A DNA stretch of 32,000 bases from Miltoncostaeaceae bacterium (GTDB lineage: Bacteria > Actinomycetota > Thermoleophilia > Miltoncostaeales > Miltoncostaeaceae), in assembly GCA_963721335.1 (NCBI GenBank), contig CAVRIV010000001.1:373757-405756 (forward strand), in the 5' to 3' direction. The notes below the pieces were generated by a model. That model saw only the letters and a list, made by a program, of their open reading frames with translations. It was not told where the DNA came from and made no database searches. Below, one piece after another: positions 17,390 to 24,865 of this stretch (position 1 is its first letter; every line of letters starts with the position of its first letter). The position numbers and the translations under genes are program-made.

Positions 17390-18222
17390 GTCCCCGCCGC
17401 CGATCGCAGCTCCACGGCCATCTCGGTCGTCCCGATCACGACCGTGTCGCCGTCGGCGAGCGCGTGCCGCTTGACGACCTCGCCGTTCACCTCGGTGCCG
17501 TTCGTGCTCCCCATGTCCACCAGGAAGTAGTCCATGCCGATGTGGCGCACCTCGGCGTGCACGCGGCTCGCGTTGGGGTCGGCCAGCACGATGTCGCAGT
17601 CGCGGCTGCGCCCCAGGGTGGACACCCGCTTGGTCAGGCGGTGGCGCGCCGGCCCGATCACGAAGGTGAGGACCTCCTCGGTGAGCCCGGCGCCGCGCGC
17701 GTCCTCGGCGGAGATGACCTGGGTGCCGCTCACGCCCTCGAGCGGCTGGTAGGGCCGCGGCGGAGGCGCCGGCGGAACGGGCACGGGCACCGGCGGCGCG
17801 GGGGCCTCGGGCGCCCCCGCCTCCTCGTCCGCCGCGGCCTCCTCGGCCGGCGGGGGGTCGGCCATGCGGCAGGCGATGCCGAACTCGCCGGCGCGCAGGT
17901 CCTCGTCGGTGGTCAGCGTGACCACCGCCGGAGCGACCAGCGACAGGCCGTTGCTGCGCGCGTGGGAATCCAGGTAGGCGGCCAGCTCGGTCACCAGGGA
18001 GTGCTCGTAGGAGGCGAAGCTCTCTCGGTCGGACGGGGCCAGGTAGACCGTGAACTCGTTCGGCACGTAGACCCGCGAGACCGAGATGGTCTTGTGGTCC
18101 TCCATCTCGCGCCCGAGCTTGCGGGCGAGCTCGACGGGTTGCAGGCTGCTCCGGAACGCCCGCCGGAAGCCGCGCTCGAAGAGGCCCTCGATCTTCTGCT
18201 CGATGTTGCGCAGGAGGCTCAT
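17386..18222 (-). CDS. fhaA: FHA-domain protein FhaA-type (DUF3662-like N-domain plus C-terminal FHA)
   Basis: The N-terminus is MSLLRNIEQKIEGLFERGFRRAFRSSLQPVELARKL. The C-terminus is TLGRSRDCDIVLADPNASRVHAEV...VDMGSTNGTEVNG. ATG 18222 overlaps the upstream kinase stop (ATGA). The longer ORF up to 18963 is Arg/Gly/Pro-rich shadow. Confidence 0.87.
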   Translation of the reverse strand: MSLLRNIEQKIEGLFERGFRRAFRSSLQPVELARKLGREMEDHKTISVSRVYVPNEFTVYLAPSDRESFASYEHSLVTELAAYLDSHARSNGLSLVAPAVVTLTTDEDLRAGEFGIACRMADPPPAEEAAADEEAGAPEAPAPPVPVPVPPAPPPRPYQPLEGVSGTQVISAEDARGAGLTEEVLTFVIGPARHRLTKRVSTLGRSRDCDIVLADPNASRVHAEVRHIGMDYFLVDMGSTNGTEVNGEVVKRHALADGDTVVIGTTEMAVELRSAAGT

Positions 18223-19907
18223 GCGGTCGGACTGCGCAGGGTAGCGGACGCCCTCGCGGCGCCGCGCCTCCCCAGGACCCGCCAGGGCCGAAGGGCCCAG
18301 GCCACCACCACCAGCCCGGCCGGCAGGACCGCGCCGAGGGCGTTCACCCCCGCCGTGGCCACCGCCACCATCGACCCCGCCACGAGCACCACCCAGATCG
18401 TCGCGGCCACCGCCCGCGGACGGCCCGGCCGGGCGCGCAGCACCAGCGGCACGCACATCGCGCCGACCACCAGCGCCAGGGCCTGGAGCAGCGCCTCGGG
18501 GTGCGCGGCCAGGGGCTCCCACAGGCGCCGCGCCGCGACGGCCGGCGAGCTCTCGCCGTCGAGGTTCTCCACGCCCGGCGGGACGTAGTCGCCGCCCGCC
18601 ATCAGCCCTCCGGCGCCCGCGCCGACCTGCCACACGAGGGTGGCCGCGACGCCGGCCATCGCCACCCACAGGCGGTCGCGCCAGCGCGGCACCAGGCCGG
18701 CCACCGCCGCGTAGAGGGGGCCCAGACCGAGGGCGAACAGCACCGGGCAGGCCGCCGGGAGCAGCGTGAGGCGCCCCGTGCCCCAGCCGATCGCCAGCGT
18801 GGCCAGGGCGAGCGCGCCCAGCAGCACCGCGGCGCCGGGGCTCACCAGCCCCACGAGCACCGATCCGGCCACGATGCTCGCGAGCAGGGCGGCCCGCGGC
18901 CGCCACGCGAAGGCCACGGCGGCCAGGGCGATGGCGGCGGCCCGCGGCCCGGGCTGCTGCCAATTGGCCGCGCCCGACTCGGCCAATTGGCCGCCCGCCG
19001 TCCAGAGGGCCACCGCGGTGAGCGCGGCGCCGCCGGCGGCGCTCGCAAGGCGGGGCAGCATCCGGCGCGCCCGGGCCCGGGCGCTCGGGACCCCCGAGAG
19101 CACGCCGTGGAGCTCGTCGGCCAGGTCCACCGCGCTCGGCCGGGCGGCGGGGTCGTGCCGCAGGCCCGCGTCAACCGCGCGGCACAGCCGGGGAGGCAGG
19201 TCCGGCCGCGCGCGGGAGAGGGGCGGCACGGCGCCCGACGCCGCCCGCCGTGCGGTGACCGCCGGCGACGGGGCGGCGACCGGGTTCGCGCCGGTCAGGC
19301 CCTCGTAGACGACGAGGCAGGCGGAGTACACGTCCGAGGACGGCCCGGCCGCCTCCCCGCGCGCCTGCTCGGGCGCCATGTAGGCCACCGTGCCCACCAC
19401 CGAACCGGTCAGCGTCAGCCCGGCCTCGCCCGACAGCCGCGCCACGCCGAAATCGGAGAGCCTGGACCGGCCGCGCCGGTCGATGAGGATGTTCGCGGGC
19501 TTCACGTCACGGTGCACGACTCCCGCCCGGTGGGCGTGCCCGAGCGCGGACAGGACCTCTCCGCCGATCCGCACCACCTGGGTGGCGTCGAGCCCGCGCG
19601 GCTCGCGCAGCAGCTCCAGCAGGGACGGCCCGTCCACGAGCTCCCACACCAGATGGATGCTCTCGTCGTCCTCCCCCCAGTCGAGCAGGGCGACCACGCC
19701 CGGATGGTCGAGGCGCTCCGCCGCCCGCACCTCGGCCCGCACCCGCGGGGCCAGGTCGAGCTCGGCCGGCACGGACTTCACGGCCACCTCGTCGCCCGTC
19801 GCCAGGTCGCGCGCCCTCCGCACCACCGCCGTGGCGCCGCGGCCGATCGTGGGGCCCAGGACGTAGCGGCCCAGGACGGGCTGCGGGGATGTGGCGCGCG
19901 AGGTCAC
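18219..19907 (-). CDS. Hanks-type Ser/Thr kinase fused to a polytopic (~8-9 hydrophobic segments by eye) C-terminal membrane domain
   Basis: GTG 19907 is preferred because the codons between 19908 and 19979 have poor GC3, and the longer ORF crosses tRNA-Leu. Kinase motifs are GRGATAVV, VAVKSV, HRDVKPANILI, DFGVA and YMAPEQ. About 290 aa of Ala/Leu/Val/Gly-rich helices follow. Confidence 0.85.
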   Translation of the reverse strand: MTSRATSPQPVLGRYVLGPTIGRGATAVVRRARDLATGDEVAVKSVPAELDLAPRVRAEVRAAERLDHPGVVALLDWGEDDESIHLVWELVDGPSLLELLREPRGLDATQVVRIGGEVLSALGHAHRAGVVHRDVKPANILIDRRGRSRLSDFGVARLSGEAGLTLTGSVVGTVAYMAPEQARGEAAGPSSDVYSACLVVYEGLTGANPVAAPSPAVTARRAASGAVPPLSRARPDLPPRLCRAVDAGLRHDPAARPSAVDLADELHGVLSGVPSARARARRMLPRLASAAGGAALTAVALWTAGGQLAESGAANWQQPGPRAAAIALAAVAFAWRPRAALLASIVAGSVLVGLVSPGAAVLLGALALATLAIGWGTGRLTLLPAACPVLFALGLGPLYAAVAGLVPRWRDRLWVAMAGVAATLVWQVGAGAGGLMAGGDYVPPGVENLDGESSPAVAARRLWEPLAAHPEALLQALALVVGAMCVPLVLRARPGRPRAVAATIWVVLVAGSMVAVATAGVNALGAVLPAGLVVVAWALRPWRVLGRRGAARASATLRSPTA

Positions 19908-20007
19908 GAACAGGCATCTTCCACGACCCGCGCGCCCATCCCTGCGACGGCCGGTCGATGCGGGGACCCGTGGTAGCATCCGCCGTCCCTGACCGGCAGG
20001 AATGCCT

Positions 20008-20091
20008 GGGCGAGTGGTGGAATTGGTAGACACGCTAGGTTCAGGGTCTAGTGCTCTTATGAGCTTGGGGGTTCGAGTCCCCCCTCGCCCA
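20008..20091 (+). tRNA. tRNA-Leu (anticodon CAG), long variable arm
   Basis: The sequence is GGGCGAGTGGTGGAATTGGTAGACACGCTAGGTTCAGGGTCTAGTGCTCTTATGAGCTTGGGGGTTCGAGTCCCCCCTCGCCCA. It has acceptor GGGCGAG/CTCGCCC, anticodon stem CTAGG/TCTAG with loop TTCAGGG, and T arm GGGGG-TTCGAGT-CCCCC. Confidence 0.92.
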
Positions 20092-20156
20092 CCTCCACCC
20101 CGCCTCTCCCACCCGGTGCGGACCGCCCTCTCCCGACCAACCATTCGCGGGTAGCC

Positions 20157-21569
20157 GTGGCCGACTACGACGACGACCGCCCCGATTTCGACGCCGCCTT
20201 CGCGGACGATCCCGGCGACGAGCCGCCGAAACGGCGCCGGGGGTTCTCGCGCCGCGGCCGCGGGGCCGAGGACACCGAGGGCGTCGAGGACCCCGACGTC
20301 ATCGAGGACACGGCCAGCACCGGCGAGGTGCCGCGCTCGGGGCTGCGCCGCTTCGCCTCGAGCACCCCGCCCTCCGAGGACGACGACTTCGACCATCTCG
20401 AGGAGGAGCCCGGCGGCGCGCCCCCGCCACCCCGGCGCTCGTCGAGCGCCTCCCGGCGGGGTGGCCGCGGCGGCGGCCGTCCCCCGCGCCGCCCGCCGCG
20501 CGGCGGCTCCCGGGCCTCGGGGGGCGGCGCCTCGGTGCTCCAGAGGCCGCGCGGCCGTCTGATCCTCGCGATCGCCTTCGCGGCGATCCTCATCCTGGTC
20601 GTCACGCTCGTCGTGCGGGACTGCCAGCGCAACCAGCTCGAGGACCAGTACACGTCCTACCTCAACGGCGTGGCGAAGCTCGTGAACGACTCGGCCCAGC
20701 AGGGCCAGCAGCTGCGCCAGATCCTCGCCAACCCCCGCGGCGAGCGGCCGCCGCAGCTGCGCCAGAAGATCCAGACCCTCTCGCAGAAGGCCGGCGGCCT
20801 GGTGGACCAGGCGGAGACGCTCGATCCACCCGACTCCCTCAACGAGGCCCAGAGCAGCTTCGTGACCACGCTCGAGTACCGCGTCACGGGCCTCAGCACC
20901 CTCGCCGCCAACCTGCCGACGATCCTCCAGCGCAACGACGTCGACTTCCAGGCCAACAGCATCGCGGGATCCATGCAGCGCTTCCTCGCGAGCGACGTGA
21001 TCTACCAGGACTCGTTCGCCGGCCCGGCGGCCCAGGCGCTGGAGGAGGACGACTTCACCGGCACCCCGGTGCCCAAGGCGCAGCCCTTCCTGCCCAACCC
21101 GGCGCTCGCCGCCAACGAGGGCGCGCGCACGCTCCTGCCCAACCTGAAGCGGCGCACGGCGCAGTCGGGGGGCGGCGGGGCCGCCAGCGGCACGCTGCGC
21201 GGCACCTCGCTGGTCTCGACCGAGGCGCTCCCCTCGGAGACGCGGCTGACCCCGGGCTCGCTCACCAGCGTCCAGGGCGGGGGTGACCTCAAGTGGCGCG
21301 TGACCGTGGAGAACGGCGGCGATTTCGACGAGTCCAACATCGTCGTGACGGCGACCCTGTCCTACCCCGACACTCCCAACGAGCCCGACTCGAAGCAGGC
21401 GTCGATCGAGTCCCTGGGGCTGGGCGAGAGCACCACCGTCGAGATCCCCGGGCCCTCGACGCCGGTCTTCGGCGAGCAGGGGACCCTCCGCATCGAGATC
21501 CAGCCGGTCTCGGGCGAGAGCAGCACCGACAACAACGCGGCCGAGTACCCGGTCAAGATCACCATCTGA
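20157..21569 (+). CDS. Membrane-anchored hypothetical protein: ~135-aa charged disordered N-terminus, one TM helix, an extracytoplasmic region and a C-terminal beta-sandwich (CARDB-like?)
   Basis: GTG start. The N-terminus is MADYDDDRPDFDAAF...RRGGRGGGRPPRRPPRGG. The TM segment is LILAIAFAAILILVVTLVV. The C-terminus reads KWRVTVENGGDFDESNIVVTATL...TVEIPG...NNAAEYPVKITI. Confidence 0.65.
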   Translation: MADYDDDRPDFDAAFADDPGDEPPKRRRGFSRRGRGAEDTEGVEDPDVIEDTASTGEVPRSGLRRFASSTPPSEDDDFDHLEEEPGGAPPPPRRSSSASRRGGRGGGRPPRRPPRGGSRASGGGASVLQRPRGRLILAIAFAAILILVVTLVVRDCQRNQLEDQYTSYLNGVAKLVNDSAQQGQQLRQILANPRGERPPQLRQKIQTLSQKAGGLVDQAETLDPPDSLNEAQSSFVTTLEYRVTGLSTLAANLPTILQRNDVDFQANSIAGSMQRFLASDVIYQDSFAGPAAQALEEDDFTGTPVPKAQPFLPNPALAANEGARTLLPNLKRRTAQSGGGGAASGTLRGTSLVSTEALPSETRLTPGSLTSVQGGGDLKWRVTVENGGDFDESNIVVTATLSYPDTPNEPDSKQASIESLGLGESTTVEIPGPSTPVFGEQGTLRIEIQPVSGESSTDNNAAEYPVKITI

Positions 21570-22177
21570 TGGAGGTCAGCGTCTGGGTCGCGGTCGCCGC
21601 GGGCGTCCCCGGGGTGATCGCGCTGGTGGGTGTCCTGCTGCTCTGGATCTCCCAGCGCCGCAGCCGCGCTGCGCAGCGGGTGCTGCTGCCCGACGGGACG
21701 TCGGAGGGGCTCATCGATCGCCAGGCCGTCCTGCAGCGGGCCATGGGGCGGCTGGAGGAGGGGCTGCGCGACCTTCAGAGCCTGGTGGAGCGCCAGGGCG
21801 AGGTCACCGAGCAGAGCCTGCTCACCACCCTGCGCTTCCAGGGGATGGTGCGGTACGACGCCTACCGCGACATGGGGGGGCAGCAGTCGTGGTCGATCGC
21901 GCTCCTGGACGGCAACCACAGCGGCGCGGTGGTGACGTCCCTCCACGCCCGCGACCACGCCCGGGTGTACCTGAAGGAGCTGGTGGAGGGCACGCCCGGG
22001 CAGCGCCTCTCGCCGGAGGAGGAGCGCGCCGTGGCGCTCGCGCTCGGTCGCCCGGCGCCGCCGCCCCCCACCCCGCCGGCCGGCGAGGCCGCGGCCGGGC
22101 CGGACCGGGAGCCCACCGGCGAGCTCGAGCACCCGCCGGCTGAGGGGGAGCCCCCGGCCCCCCGGCCCGACGCATGA
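21569..22177 (+). CDS. DUF4446-like membrane-anchored protein
   Basis: The ATG overlaps the upstream TGA by 1 nt (TGATG). The TM segment is VWVAVAAGVPGVIALVGVLLLWI. It is followed by ..LRFQGMVRYDAYRDMGGQQSWSIALLDGNHSGAVVTSLHARDHARVYLKEL.., which matches my recollection of DUF4446. Confidence 0.6.
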   Translation: MEVSVWVAVAAGVPGVIALVGVLLLWISQRRSRAAQRVLLPDGTSEGLIDRQAVLQRAMGRLEEGLRDLQSLVERQGEVTEQSLLTTLRFQGMVRYDAYRDMGGQQSWSIALLDGNHSGAVVTSLHARDHARVYLKELVEGTPGQRLSPEEERAVALALGRPAPPPPTPPAGEAAAGPDREPTGELEHPPAEGEPPAPRPDA

Positions 22178-23025
22178 GGGTCGGCTATCTCGGACCCCCG
22201 GGAACCTTCGCCGAGGAGGCCCTGCTCGAGCTGACCGGCCCGGCCTCGGACCTGGAGGCCGTGGCCTATCCCTCGGTGGTCGAGTGCTTCCGCGCGGTGC
22301 GCGAGGGCGAGGTCCCCGAGGTGCTGGTGCCCATCGAGAACTCCATCGAGGGATCGGTGAACCAGACCCTCGACCAGCTCGTGGCCGGGGAGGTCGCGCT
22401 GCGCATCCGCGCCGAGGTCGTCCACCCGGTGCGGCACCACCTGATCTCCCGGGCGCCGATCGCCCCCGCCGACCTGAGCCGCGTGCTCTCGCACCCGCAC
22501 GCCACCGCCCAGTGCCAGCACTGGCTGCGCGCCCACGCGCCGGGCGCCGAGATCGTGGCCGCCAACTCCACCGCCGACGCCGTGCGCACCGTGAGCGGGG
22601 CCGACGAGCCCTGGGCCGCCATCGGCACGCTGCGCGCGGCCGATCTCTACGGCTGCCTGGTCATCGCCCAGGACATCGAGGACACCGAGGACAACTCCAC
22701 CCGGTTCGTGCTGCTGGGCCGGGAGCCCGCTCCCGCGGTCGGCCCCGGACGCTTCCGCACGTCCATCGTCTGCGCGCTGGAGCGAGACCGCCCGGGGGCG
22801 CTGCTGGCGATCCTCCAGGAGTTCGCCATGCGGGCGGTCAACCTCAGCAAGCTCGAGAGCCGTCCCACCAAGACGGGGCTCGGCCGTTACATCTTCTACA
22901 TCGACATCGAGGGCAGCCGGGAGCGCGACCTGCCCGTGGACGCGGCCATCACCGCGATCGAGGAGCAGGGCGTGGCGCACGTCACTTTTCTGGGCTCCTA
23001 CCCGGCCGGCGGCGGGTCTGGCTAA
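22174..23025 (+). CDS. pheA: Prephenate dehydratase
   Basis: The N-terminus is MRVGYLGPPGTFAEEA. TRF (NSTRFVLL) and an ACT domain with ESRPTKTGLGRYIFYIDIEG are present. The ATG overlaps the upstream stop (ATGA). Confidence 0.9.
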   Translation: MRVGYLGPPGTFAEEALLELTGPASDLEAVAYPSVVECFRAVREGEVPEVLVPIENSIEGSVNQTLDQLVAGEVALRIRAEVVHPVRHHLISRAPIAPADLSRVLSHPHATAQCQHWLRAHAPGAEIVAANSTADAVRTVSGADEPWAAIGTLRAADLYGCLVIAQDIEDTEDNSTRFVLLGREPAPAVGPGRFRTSIVCALERDRPGALLAILQEFAMRAVNLSKLESRPTKTGLGRYIFYIDIEGSRERDLPVDAAITAIEEQGVAHVTFLGSYPAGGGSG

Positions 23026-23096
23026 ACTCCCCCCGGGCTCGGTGGCGGGTGGCGCCGACACCAACGGCCCACTCCCACGCGAACGTCGAGGAGCCG

Positions 23097-23606
23097 ATGG
23101 CCCAGCAGGTTCTCGTGCTCAACGCCACCTACGAGCCCATCAACGTGTGCTCGCTGCAGCGTGCCGTGGTCCTGGTCCTCAAGAACAAGGCCGAGGTGCT
23201 CGAGCGCGCGGCCCGCAAGCTGCGCAGCGCGACGATGGCGCACGCCTACCCGCTCGTGATCCGGCTCGTCTACTTCGTGCGCATCCCGCGCCACGAGTCG
23301 CGGAAGATCTCGCGCCGCGCCGTGTTCGCGCGCGACGGATACACCTGCCAGTACTGCGGCGCGGGCTCGCACCTGACCATGGACCACGTGGTGCCGCGCT
23401 CGCGGGGCGGGCGCTCGTCGTGGGACAACGTCGTGACCTCCTGCGCGTCGTGCAACCTGCGCAAGGGCAACCGGCTGCCGTCCGAGATCAACATGCACCC
23501 GCGCACCAACCCGCGCGCCCCGCGGCCCGACATCTTCATCTCCGTCGCCGCCCCGCGGCAGCCGAAGTCGTGGCTTCCGTACCTCGGGGACGGGGTCGCC
23601 GCCTGA
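23097..23606 (+). CDS. HNH endonuclease (small conserved actinobacterial type)
   Basis: GAGGAG lies 3 nt upstream of the ATG. The HNH/zinc motif reads CQYCG...LTMDHVVPRSRGGRSSWDNVVTSCASCNLRKGN. Confidence 0.85.
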   Translation: MAQQVLVLNATYEPINVCSLQRAVVLVLKNKAEVLERAARKLRSATMAHAYPLVIRLVYFVRIPRHESRKISRRAVFARDGYTCQYCGAGSHLTMDHVVPRSRGGRSSWDNVVTSCASCNLRKGNRLPSEINMHPRTNPRAPRPDIFISVAAPRQPKSWLPYLGDGVAA

Positions 23607-23641
23607 CCGCCTGAGGAGGACCGCCCGGCCCCGGCGCGAAG

Positions 23642-23833
23642 GTGGACGGCGTGACCGTCGTCCGCATCGTCTCCGGGCCGCTGAGCGGGGTGAGCCTCAA
23701 GGTGACCGACCGCAGCCTGTCCGAGCGCTGGCGCATCGGATGGCGCGGCCGCCGCCGCCGTCGGCGCACGAGCGAGATCATCACCAGGATCGTGCCCGCC
23801 GAGCATCCGGGAGACGCCCGCCGAGAGGGCTGA
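23642..23833 (+). CDS. Possible small protein (63 aa), unknown function
   Basis: 58 of 63 codons end in G/C in this frame. The ORF sits exactly between the HNH stop and the 23835-23851 hairpin. The product is VDGVTVVRIVSGPLSGVSLKVTDRSLSERW.. followed by an Arg-run. There is no convincing RBS, and a minus-strand frame sharing the same third positions cannot be excluded. Confidence 0.3.
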   Translation: MDGVTVVRIVSGPLSGVSLKVTDRSLSERWRIGWRGRRRRRRTSEIITRIVPAEHPGDARREG

Positions 23834-23834
23834 A

Positions 23835-23851
23835 CCCGGGGCTATCCCGGG
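23835..23851. terminator. Short palindromic hairpin between convergent ORFs
   Basis: CCCGGG (23835-40), loop GCTAT, CCCGGG (23846-51). It starts 2 nt after the TGA of the 23642..23833 ORF. No T-run follows. Confidence 0.3.
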
Positions 23852-24178
23852 CTCGCGGGCGAAGCGCACGGGCACGCCGCCGGTGACCGACCAGACCGTG
23901 GCGCCGTCCTGCGCGAGCGACATGTCGAGCCGCGAGGAGTCGCGTGCGAAGCGCATGTTGGGCGGGTCGCCGCGCAGCCCGACTCCATCCATCCGCACTG
24001 CCGGGGCGGCGTCGGCGGCCTCCATCGGAGTCGGGCGGTTCGTGGTGGGCGTTTGGGAGGACGAGGAGGCCGTCGAGGAGGATCCGCACCCGGCGGCGAG
24101 CACAGCCGCAAACGCCACGGCGGCGCCCGCCATGCGCAAGGGTCCGGCCGAGGTGCGGGACCGAGGACGCTCCGCCAC
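23842..24178 (-). CDS. Small lipoprotein; 3' end unresolved (see findings)
   Basis: The signal plus lipobox is (VAERPRSRTSAGPLR)MAGAAVAFAAVLAAGC-GSSS, starting at GTG 24178 or ATG 24133. GC3 is high to about 23850. The in-frame ORF then runs on with decaying bias, antisense through the HNH gene, to 23270. A 1-nt correction in CCCGGG would give ..VRFAREPG-TAG at 23842. Confidence 0.45.
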
Positions 24179-24201
24179 GGTGTGCGTCCAGGCCTCTCCA
24201 C

Positions 24202-24726
24202 TCACCCTGTGTCCGGCCCCTCCCGGGACCGGGCCCGGAGGTGGCGGATGTAGACGACCAGCCCGAGCACGCCTGCGCCGAGTGCGGCTCCGATCAGCCC
24301 CCACGCCCAGTCGGGCAGGGCATCGGATTCCGACGACTTCGACTGGGCAGCCGCCGCCCCCGCGGCGGCCCCCGCGGCCGCCGGCGCAGCGCCGCCCGAG
24401 TCCTCGGCGCTCGTCACCGTGACCGTCTGCGCCTGCTCGGTCACCGTCTGCGCAGGAGCGGTCACCGTCTCCGTCGGCCCGGCGACGGTGGTGGTCACCG
24501 TCTCGGCCGGAGCGGTGACCGTGACCGGGGTCGAGGGCTCCACCTCGGTCGCCGCGGGAGCGCGGTCGGGCGACGTGACCGCCGGCGCGGCGGGCCGCGT
24601 CAGGTCGGCGACGTCGGTCCCCGCGCCGGTGAGGCCTCCGGACACCTCCTCCTCACCGCCCGAGCCGCACGCGGCGAGGAGCAGGCAGCCGGCGAGCGCG
24701 AGGGTCACGAGTGCAGTCCGGCTCAT
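24202..24726 (-). CDS. Lipoprotein-like protein with a Thr/Val/Pro repeat region and a C-terminal TM anchor
   Basis: The N-terminus MSRTALVTLALAGCLLLAAC-GSGG contains a lipobox. The repeats read TPVTVTAPAETVTTTVAGPTETVTAPAQTVTEQAQTVTVTS. The C-terminus is WAWGLIGAALGAGVLGLVVYIRHLRARSR. Confidence 0.6.
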   Translation of the reverse strand: MSRTALVTLALAGCLLLAACGSGGEEEVSGGLTGAGTDVADLTRPAAPAVTSPDRAPAATEVEPSTPVTVTAPAETVTTTVAGPTETVTAPAQTVTEQAQTVTVTSAEDSGGAAPAAAGAAAGAAAAQSKSSESDALPDWAWGLIGAALGAGVLGLVVYIRHLRARSREGPDTG

Positions 24727-24812
24727 CGCGCCTGCCCGCGCTGCCTGTGAAGCGCCCAAGCGCGGCGCCGGTCTACCGCGTGGTTCGCGTCCATCTCGAG
24801 CTCGATGACCAT
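24723..24812 (-). CDS. Candidate 29-codon upstream ORF translationally coupled to the 24202..24726 gene
   Basis: GGAGG (24821-25 on the complement) lies 8 nt upstream of ATG 24812. The product is MVIELEMDANHAVDRRRAWALHRQRGQAR. 24 of 28 codons end in G/C. The TGA overlaps the downstream ATG as ATGA. Confidence 0.3.
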   Translation of the reverse strand: MVIELEMDANHAVDRRRAWALHRQRGQAR

Positions 24813-24865
24813 CGCATGCGCCTCCAAGGAGGGCTTCGCTCGGGCTGGCGATGAGGCTGTCAACC

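Noticed and set aside
18223-20396. Upstream extensions of the fhaA ORF (to 18963) and the kinase ORF (to 20396), plus ORF 18501..19976(+)
   Set aside because: The fhaA extension is Gly/Arg/Ala/Pro shadow overlapping the kinase gene. The kinase extension crosses tRNA-Leu and has poor codon bias beyond 19907. The plus-strand ORF is antisense to the kinase.
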